Part shown: positions 15,891 to 22,625 of the stretch, in pieces | Numbering within the stretch: the first letter of the stretch is position 1 | Layout: each line of letters opens with the position of its first letter | Source: Gemmatimonadaceae bacterium | GTDB lineage: Bacteria > Gemmatimonadota > Gemmatimonadetes > Gemmatimonadales > Gemmatimonadaceae | Reading direction: 5' to 3' | Length of the DNA stretch: 36,457 nt | Assembly (NCBI GenBank): GCA_040902005.1 | Contig: JBBDYA010000018.1 | Span: 7,959 to 44,415 of the forward strand | Position numbers and translations under genes: made by a program | The notes under the pieces: generated by a model | Told to the model about the DNA's origin: nothing | Database searches by the model: none | The model's input: only the letters and a program-made list of their open reading frames with translations

Positions 15891-18562
15891 TCGACTCGGA
15901 GGGTGGAGGCCGGATCGACGGCTGCGGCGCGACGCGCTGGCAGCCACGTCGCGGCCGCGGCGACCGCGAGCATCGCGGCAGCGACGCCGGCACCCACAAC
16001 CCACAGGTCGACCGTGGGCGCGAGCATCTGCGACTGCGTTCTGAAGAGCTGCATGGCAACGACGCTCAGCGGCAGGCCTATAACCAGTGCAGTCACTCCC
16101 AGCCGCATGCCGGACGCGAGGAACATCCGTGCCACGCGCAGGGGTTTCGCGCCGAGCGCGATGCGGATGCCGATCTCACGCGTGCGCTGTCGGACCGACA
16201 GCGCGATCACGCCGTAGAGCCCCAGCGACGCGAGCAGCAGCGCCAGCGCACCACCCGCACCAACGAGTGCGCCCACGCTGAGCAGGTCGACGCGCTCGTT
16301 CTCATCCACCTGTGCGAGCGTGCGCATCCCGGCGACCGGCAGCCCCGGCGCCTCGTCGCGAATCAGTGGTCGCAGCGCCGGCAGGAATGCCTCCGCGTCG
16401 CCGCGCGTACGAACCAGCAGCGCGTCGCGACGCCACCGCTTCCCGTGCGCGGTAAAGACTCTCAACGAGTCGTTTCCGCGGGTGGTTGTGTGCGTCGCGT
16501 CGTACACGCCCACCACGGTCATGTTGACCGTGTCGGGCTGCCCGGGGGAAGTGAACGTCCGCCCGATCGGATGCGTGTCCCCCCAGATGGCCCGCGCGAG
16601 ATGGCTGCCGATCACCACCGGCAGGTCCCGCGCCGCGGTATCGGCGAGGGCAACGTCGCGCCCCAGGACGATCGGAACGTCGAGCAGCGCGAACCAGCCA
16701 GGCGCCGCACCCTCCACCATGAGCGTGGTATGCGCCGTGTCCTCGGCTCCGGCCGCGCCGGGCACGGAATACATGAAGCGGCCTCCCATGTGCAACGACG
16801 CCTCCGGAACGACGCCCGTGACTTCCGGGTGCGCCGCGATGCGCGGAATGAGTGCGTCCACGGCCTCACGGCGTTGTCCCGGCGCTCCCGTTTGGTAGAG
16901 CGGGCGGAACGTCACCCTGATCACGTGCCCGCTCAGCTCGGGGCGCAGCGGCCGATAGTCGGCGAGCACCATCGCGAGCGTCGCGCCCAGCATCAGGAGG
17001 AGCGGCTGCGAGAACACGATCTGCGCCACCACGAAGCCGCGCTGCAGGCGCGACTGCCGTGTTGCCCCCGCGCCGGAATCGCGCAGGGCAGTTGCCACTC
17101 CCGCCCGCGTGGCGTGCAGCGCCGGGGAGAGGCCAAAGAGAACGCCGGTGCCGATGGCGATCAGCATCGTGTATGCGAGCGTGGACGCGTCAGGCATGAC
17201 CCTGTTGCCGTCGATGGTGCCGCCCGGTCCCGCCAGCAGTTTCAACAGCCACCAGCAGACCGTCAGTCCGGCCGCGCCGCCGGCGACCGCGAGCAGGGTG
17301 GCCTCGGTCAGTAGTTGCCGCAGAATGCGCGCGCGCGAGGCGCCGAGCGAGAGGCGCACCGCGATCTCATGGCGGCGCGCGATCGCGGCGGCCACCATGA
17401 GCGAGCTGACGTTGGTACACGTCACCAGCAGGAGGAGCAGTCCGACGACACCGAGCGCGCTGAAGACCAGGATCAACTCGCGGCTCCCAGCGCTACCGCC
17501 TGGCGGCTCGGGCAGCACTCCATGCAGTGAAACGACCTGCGCGGTGTGGCTCATCCCGACGTGCGTCGCGGAGTCCGGCAGCGAGCGGGCAACCACCAGT
17601 TGCGCGATCATAGCCGCCTGGTCGCGAGACACACCTGGGGCCAGGCGCCCGAACACTTCCAGGTTCGCTTCGTCTGTAATCCAGCGCGCGGGAACACGGG
17701 CGATGTCGGCGCGTGCGCTGACGGGGATCCAGAGCGCGGGGCGGCCCATGTTCCGAACCGCACCCTGAAACGCCGGCGGAGCCACGCCCACCACGCGCAC
17801 GGGCACGTCGTTCACGAGGACGCGCTGTCCAACCGCGCGCGACGGCTCACCGTAGAATTGCTCCGCGGTGGCGAAGGACATCACGACGGACAGATCGGGG
17901 CCTGCGTCCTCCGGCATCGTGAAGCCGGTGCCGGCGGCGACACCCACGCTGAGGGCGCCGAAATAGCCGGGAGCCACGAAGTGCGCCGTTACGCCGCGCG
18001 GACCAATGCTGTCGCCGGGGTTGAGCACCACGTCGTGCGCGAGCCAGCCGGAGACCTGCGTGAAGGTTTCCGTGTGCGCCGCCAGCCCGCGCAGCTCCAC
18101 ATACGTGAGCCAGCGCGTGCGCCAGGCCGCGGTTCGCGTCGCGCGTTGATGTGCCCGGATAAAAACGAGCGCATCGTCGTCCGGGACGACGGGTGCAGGG
18201 CGTTGGACCTGGGACTGAATCGTGGTGACGAGCGCCGTGTTCGCGCCGATGCCGAGGGCGAAGACGCTCACGATGATCGCGACCGTGAGCTTGTTGCGGC
18301 CGAAATAGCGGAACGCGAAGTGCAGATCTCCGGTGAACGCGTCGATCCAGCGCACGCCGCGGGCGTCGCGCGCGTCCTCCTGAATGACGGAGCGATTGCC
18401 GAACTCGCGTCGCGCTTCGAGCACCGCGGCCTCGCGCGACATGCCGCGAGCCATCAGCCGCTCCGCGGCGCGATCGAGGTGCTCGCGCATCTCATTCTGC
18501 ATATCGTCATCGCGCCGCCCGCGGTTGAACATCGCGCGCACGCTCCTCAGCGCGCGTCTCAC
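15887..18562 (-). CDS. MacB/FtsX-type ABC permease (ADOP-like), tandem paralog of 13239..15890
   Basis: Same motif set, with shared runs such as RVTFRPLxQTGxPxQRREAVxALIPRIAxHPEV. GTG start at 18562 (alternative 18583). Confidence 0.93.
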   Translation of the reverse strand: MRRALRSVRAMFNRGRRDDDMQNEMREHLDRAAERLMARGMSREAAVLEARREFGNRSVIQEDARDARGVRWIDAFTGDLHFAFRYFGRNKLTVAIIVSVFALGIGANTALVTTIQSQVQRPAPVVPDDDALVFIRAHQRATRTAAWRTRWLTYVELRGLAAHTETFTQVSGWLAHDVVLNPGDSIGPRGVTAHFVAPGYFGALSVGVAAGTGFTMPEDAGPDLSVVMSFATAEQFYGEPSRAVGQRVLVNDVPVRVVGVAPPAFQGAVRNMGRPALWIPVSARADIARVPARWITDEANLEVFGRLAPGVSRDQAAMIAQLVVARSLPDSATHVGMSHTAQVVSLHGVLPEPPGGSAGSRELILVFSALGVVGLLLLLVTCTNVSSLMVAAAIARRHEIAVRLSLGASRARILRQLLTEATLLAVAGGAAGLTVCWWLLKLLAGPGGTIDGNRVMPDASTLAYTMLIAIGTGVLFGLSPALHATRAGVATALRDSGAGATRQSRLQRGFVVAQIVFSQPLLLMLGATLAMVLADYRPLRPELSGHVIRVTFRPLYQTGAPGQRREAVDALIPRIAAHPEVTGVVPEASLHMGGRFMYSVPGAAGAEDTAHTTLMVEGAAPGWFALLDVPIVLGRDVALADTAARDLPVVIGSHLARAIWGDTHPIGRTFTSPGQPDTVNMTVVGVYDATHTTTRGNDSLRVFTAHGKRWRRDALLVRTRGDAEAFLPALRPLIRDEAPGLPVAGMRTLAQVDENERVDLLSVGALVGAGGALALLLASLGLYGVIALSVRQRTREIGIRIALGAKPLRVARMFLASGMRLGVTALVIGLPLSVVAMQLFRTQSQMLAPTVDLWVVGAGVAAAMLAVAAAATWLPARRAAAVDPASTLRVE

Positions 18563-18597
18563 TGCCCGTCCCTCACGGCGCATCCCAGCGCGAGCAT
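18559..18597 (-). other. 12-codon micro-ORF MLALGCAVRDGQ linking the mini-PadR stop to the permease start
   Basis: TGATG overlap at the 5' end and GTGA overlap at the 3' end; paralogous to 21376..21414. Confidence 0.5.
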
Positions 18598-18752
18598 CAG
18601 GTGGTCCTCAGAATCGCTGCGAGGGCGCCTGAGAATCGTGCCCAGCTCACGCGCTGCTCGACGAGCTGCTTCCGGCCGGCCGCGGTGAGCGAGTATTGAA
18701 GGACGATGAGGTCCAGGGTGCCCTGGAGGAGCGGGGCGGGGGATGGCGGCAT
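18597..18752 (-). CDS. 51-aa mini-PadR with in-frame loss of the winged-helix core (microprotein or pseudogene)
   Basis: MPPSPAPLLQGTLDLIVLQ|YSLTAAGRKQLVEQRVSWARFSGALAAILRTT* aligns to both ends of PadR 21414..21749 with 59 central residues missing. Too short for the ORF track. Confidence 0.8.
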   Translation of the reverse strand: MPPSPAPLLQGTLDLIVLQYSLTAAGRKQLVEQRVSWARFSGALAAILRTT

Positions 18753-18764
18753 GGTGGACTATCG

Positions 18765-21368
18765 TCAGAAGCGGGACCCGATGTGCACGTCGGTGCGCCA
18801 ACGCTGCCCGGGAAATAGTCCGCGCGAGACGTCCACGCGGAGCAGGCCGTCCAGGAACGACACCCCCACACCCGCGCCCGAGAGGGGCCGGCCCATCCGC
18901 GACACGGCTTCGCGTGTTCCGGCCCATCCCATGTCGTAGAAGAGCACCGGCCGGAACATCATCCCCGACCGCGCGAGCTCGGCGCGACCGAGCCAGAAGG
19001 TGTCACCCACGCTGCCCTCGCCGGACGGGCGCGCGAATTGACCGCGCACCGTGTGAAGCCCGCCCAGGAAGAACGCGCGCTGTAGCGGGAGATGTCCCAG
19101 CGACGATCCAGCCGCCGCCGCGATCGCAATACCGAAAGCGCCGACGGGGCGGCTGAGCGCTCCGTCGAGCATCAGGCGACCGTAGCCGGTGGTTCCCAGC
19201 GAGTCGGACCGGTTCGTCATCGCGGCCTCGAGTCGCGCGCGGGTATCGAATCTGAATCCGCGCGCGTTGGCGCCGAACGAGCGCACCAGGTCAGAGGCGC
19301 CCCCCACTGCGACGAGCTGCTCCGCGGCGATGTTGTCGCCGAACGCCGCATTGCCGACGTACTTGCCGACCGAGAACTGCGTGTTGGGTGTCACGCCGGC
19401 GCCGTACTGGCGTTCGCCGAACAGCCGCCAGCGGACGCGCCCTCCAAGAGGACCCGGGGCGTCGCGATCGCCGCCGACCTCCAGCCCCCAGGCGCGATAG
19501 TAGAACCCTTCGTCGCGCGCGTAGAGCAGGTTCGCCAACGCGGCCCCCAGCGACAGCGGCGACCCCCAGTCGTCGTTCGCCACTGCAAGGCGGTGGAAGC
19601 CGGTGATGCGGACGTCGGACCGTCCATTACTGCGCGAGAGCGACAGCTCGCCGTTGGGGACGCCGTCGCCGGTGCCGGCGCGCGCGACCGCCTGCACGGT
19701 GTATCCCAGCCCAAGCACGGAGGTCAGGGACGCACCGATCGAGACACCCTCGATGCGGTTGTACCGCATCATGTCCAACCCCACGTGAAGCTTTGGCGGT
19801 TGCGGCCCCCAGCCCGGCTGGAGCGAGAAGTCGAGTCCCGCCAACAGCTCGTCGCGCTCGGCCGAGGAGACGAACTGCTCGTTCCCATCATATATGGAAG
19901 CCGGCAGATCCGGCGACCGGGACAGCGTCGCTGTGTCGCAGGGGAGCATGATGGCCATGCGCGCCGCGCCGAACGCCGAGCGAACGCCGGCGAAATACAC
20001 GCTGTCGCGCGCGCACGTGTCGCGTCGCCGCAGGATGGTTCGCGCAATGCCCCTGCTGTTCTCTGCGCGCGACCGCAGGCTCATGATCTCGCCGCTGTCG
20101 CCGCCCGCGCGTGCAAGGCTGTCCGCCAGTGTCACGAGACTGTCCGAGCGACGATACCGATACGCCACGATGGAATCCTCACGCGCGATGCGCGCGGCCG
20201 CTGACGTGTCCTGCGGGGGCGGCGCTCGTCCGCCGCCGATGCTGATGTTGCCGGGCGCGAAATAGATGGTGTCGTCCGCCGTCAGGCCGAGCTCGCCGGC
20301 GACCGGCACCTTCGGCACGGGTATGTCGCTGTTGACGCTGTTGTATCGGTAGCTCTCCTCGTACCGGACGGGCACGCGCAGGAACGTCGCGACGAGATCC
20401 CCCTCGAGCGTGTTCTGCTTCGGCAGCCAGAAGCGACCCTCGTGCAGGCCGTACTCCACCGTAATGGCGGACACCTTGACGCGCGCCGGCGAGAGCATGC
20501 CCGCGACGATCTTTTCGGCAACCTTGCCATCCGTCATGTTCTCGATGCGCTGGCGGGTGGCGAGCAGCGCCTTGCCGGTGTCTGTCGCCGCCCTGCGCTG
20601 GAGCTCCGCGAGTTCGCGCTTCGCGTCATCGCTCGCTTCGCGCCAGAGGTCGATCTCGGCGGCCATGCGGTACGCCGCGCGCACGAGGCTGCCCTGGTCC
20701 ACGTCGAACCAGAACGAGCCCACGAACGTGCGCCAGTCCGGGCGCCGGGCGGTGATGCGCAGCTCGCGCAGGCTCAGGGCCCGGCCGTCCGGCAGGTGCA
20801 TCGTCACGGAGTCGCCGGTCGCGAACCGGTAGTACGCCTCCGCTCCCGTGGCCAGCGGATGCACCAGGTCGCGATCGTTCACCTCTTCCCGCACTTTGCG
20901 CAACTCCTCGGAGGGCAGCCAGAGCGCTTCGCGTCCGGGGAAGTAGGGAATCGGCGTGGCGACACTCAGGTCCATGTCCGCGCCGCCCATGGGGACTGCC
21001 GTGCGCGCGCCGGTGGTCTCGATCCAGATGCCGGACTCGCGCGCCCACCGCACGCGCGCCGCATGCTCCGTTCTGAAGAGGAGCCGTTCGGGACCGAGAC
21101 GTCGCACGCCGAGCCCGACGGAGATGCGCATGTACGACTTCGCGTCGTAGGAGCGAAGCGCCGAATCCTGCGCGAGGCGCGCGGCGCGTGCGCGCAGGAG
21201 CAGTCTGCGGGCGCCCGCGTCCACGAACGCCGTGCGCTCGAGCTCGGGCGTCAACGGGATGCGGCTCACGCGACGCGCGGGCGCGCTATCGTGTGGCGCC
21301 GGAGGCGCGGGTTCCTGCGCAAAGGCAACCGTCGCGACGAGGATCGACGCCGCCGCCGCCGCGGTCAT
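18765..21368 (-). CDS. Large secreted protein with probable C-terminal outer-membrane beta-barrel
   Basis: Signal peptide (ILVATVAFA-QE); RYNRIEG motif; FFLGGLHTVRG resembling the Omp85-type loop; alternating beta-strand pattern; terminal Phe (HIGSRF). Confidence 0.75.
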   Translation of the reverse strand: MTAAAAASILVATVAFAQEPAPPAPHDSAPARRVSRIPLTPELERTAFVDAGARRLLLRARAARLAQDSALRSYDAKSYMRISVGLGVRRLGPERLLFRTEHAARVRWARESGIWIETTGARTAVPMGGADMDLSVATPIPYFPGREALWLPSEELRKVREEVNDRDLVHPLATGAEAYYRFATGDSVTMHLPDGRALSLRELRITARRPDWRTFVGSFWFDVDQGSLVRAAYRMAAEIDLWREASDDAKRELAELQRRAATDTGKALLATRQRIENMTDGKVAEKIVAGMLSPARVKVSAITVEYGLHEGRFWLPKQNTLEGDLVATFLRVPVRYEESYRYNSVNSDIPVPKVPVAGELGLTADDTIYFAPGNISIGGGRAPPPQDTSAAARIAREDSIVAYRYRRSDSLVTLADSLARAGGDSGEIMSLRSRAENSRGIARTILRRRDTCARDSVYFAGVRSAFGAARMAIMLPCDTATLSRSPDLPASIYDGNEQFVSSAERDELLAGLDFSLQPGWGPQPPKLHVGLDMMRYNRIEGVSIGASLTSVLGLGYTVQAVARAGTGDGVPNGELSLSRSNGRSDVRITGFHRLAVANDDWGSPLSLGAALANLLYARDEGFYYRAWGLEVGGDRDAPGPLGGRVRWRLFGERQYGAGVTPNTQFSVGKYVGNAAFGDNIAAEQLVAVGGASDLVRSFGANARGFRFDTRARLEAAMTNRSDSLGTTGYGRLMLDGALSRPVGAFGIAIAAAAGSSLGHLPLQRAFFLGGLHTVRGQFARPSGEGSVGDTFWLGRAELARSGMMFRPVLFYDMGWAGTREAVSRMGRPLSGAGVGVSFLDGLLRVDVSRGLFPGQRWRTDVHIGSRF

Positions 21369-21375
21369 TCCACCC

Positions 21376-21414
21376 TCACTGCGCGTCCCCAACGCCGCAT
21401 CCCAACGCGAGCAT
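21376..21414 (-). other. 12-codon micro-ORF MLALGCGVGDAQ after PadR
   Basis: ATG overlaps the PadR TGA; same length as 18559..18597, 8 of 12 residues identical. Confidence 0.5.
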
Positions 21415-21749
21415 CACGTGGTCCTCAGAATCGCGGCGAGTGCGCCGGAGAAGCGCGCCCAGCTCTCGCGCTGTTCGGCCAGTTGCTTTCGGCCGGCCGC
21501 GGTGAGGGAATAGACCTTGGCGCGGCGCCCGTTGGGCGTCTCCTCCCACTTCGCCTTGATCAGCCCTTTCTCCTCGAGGCGATAGAGCGCCGGATAGAGC
21601 GATCCCGCGTTCACCTGGAGCACCTCGCGGGAGACCGCCTGGATGCGCAGGGTCAGGTCGTAGCCGTTAGTGGGCTCGGCGCGGAGCAGCTGGAGGACGA
21701 TGAGGTCGAGCGTGCCCTGGAGCAGCGGGGCGGCGTTGGCAGGTGGCAT
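21414..21749 (-). CDS. PadR-family transcriptional regulator
   Basis: LLQGTLDLIVL, NGYDL, GSLYPALYRLE, RRAKVYSLTAAGRKQL, SWARF. Confidence 0.95.
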   Translation of the reverse strand: MPPANAAPLLQGTLDLIVLQLLRAEPTNGYDLTLRIQAVSREVLQVNAGSLYPALYRLEEKGLIKAKWEETPNGRRAKVYSLTAAGRKQLAEQRESWARFSGALAAILRTT

Positions 21750-21754
21750 GGTCA

Positions 21755-21809
21755 ACTGGACGGTCTAGTGTAGCCGCAAGTTTCACCTCCTGCACTAGAC
21801 CGTCAAGTG
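21755..21809. promoter_or_regulatory. Pair of inverted operator-like boxes upstream of the leftward padR
   Basis: actggacggtctagtgtag (21755-21773) matches the reverse complement of 21790-21808 at 17/19. Each arm is a quasi-palindrome (CACTAGAC-C-GTCAAGTG). The distal box contains TTGACG on the minus strand. Confidence 0.75.
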
Positions 21810-21935
21810 GACGGGGCGAACACCCCTGGAGGCTCAGCCCGAAAGCGCAGCCATTGCCGGCCGGTTGCATCGGAAGAGCCATGATTGCAACGGATTGATG
21901 ACGCCCACGACTGCCGGTATCCTTATGGTCATGCC

Positions 21936-22208
21936 ATGCCCGTTCCGTCCCACGTTGCTCGCAGGCTGCGCGAGGTGCTTGGCGCCGAAGTCGCGGAGGA
22001 TCTCGTGACGTGGATGGACGAGACCTCGGCGGTGCGCGCCGACGTCGCGGAGTTGCGGCATGAGATGCAGGTCGGCCTTGTGCGCATGGAAGCGAACCTG
22101 GCTGCTCAGATCGAGCGGAGCAAGGCAGACCTCATGAAGTGGTCGTTTGTCTTCTGGTGCGGAGCAGTAGCCGCCATCGCGGCGCTCGCGGGCGTGCTCC
22201 GCGGGTGA
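21936..22208 (+). CDS. Small coiled-coil protein with C-terminal TM anchor (DUF1640/CCDC90-like)
   Basis: LREVLGAEVAEDLVTWM...RADVAELRHEM...KADLMKWSFVFW followed by a hydrophobic tail. Confidence 0.75.
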   Translation: MPVPSHVARRLREVLGAEVAEDLVTWMDETSAVRADVAELRHEMQVGLVRMEANLAAQIERSKADLMKWSFVFWCGAVAAIAALAGVLRG

Positions 22209-22222
22209 CCCTGAGCCGCCCG

Positions 22223-22275
22223 TTCTCCTTGACAGCTTAGGAGAAGCGCCATACTCTCCTAAGCAACATAGGAGA
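22223..22275 (+). promoter_or_regulatory. Sigma70-type promoter overlapped by two palindromic operator boxes, plus RBS
   Basis: TTGACA (22229-22234), 17 bp, TACTCT (22252-22257). Palindromes TTCTCCTtgacagcttAGGAGAA and TCTCCTAagcaacaTAGGAGA. AGGAGA lies 8 bp before ATG 22284. Confidence 0.8.
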
Positions 22276-22283
22276 CCGAGCGA

Positions 22284-22625
22284 ATGGCGAACCAGGCGGA
22301 CCTGCTTCCCGGCACGCTCGACGTGCTCGTGCTCAAGGCCGTATCGCTCGGCAAACTGCACGGCTACGGTGTGCTCCAGCGCATCGAGCAGATCTCCGGT
22401 GGTGCGCTCCAGATCCAGCAGGGCGCCCTCTACCCAGCCCTCTACCGGCTGGAGCACCAGGGACTCATCGCCAGCTTGTGGGGCACGTCCGAGAACAACC
22501 GGAAAGCCAGGTTCTACCGCCTCACCGCGCTCGGTCGGCGGCGTCTCGGCGAGGAGACGGCGAGCTGGAACCGGCTCGTCGAGGCCATCGCGCGCTCGCT
22601 CGCGGCGACGCCGCAGGAGGCCTGA
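22284..22625 (+). CDS. PadR-family transcriptional regulator
   Basis: LLPGTLDVLVL, LHGYGVLQRI, GALYPALYRLE, ENNRKARFYRLT, SWNRL. Confidence 0.95.
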   Translation: MANQADLLPGTLDVLVLKAVSLGKLHGYGVLQRIEQISGGALQIQQGALYPALYRLEHQGLIASLWGTSENNRKARFYRLTALGRRRLGEETASWNRLVEAIARSLAATPQEA

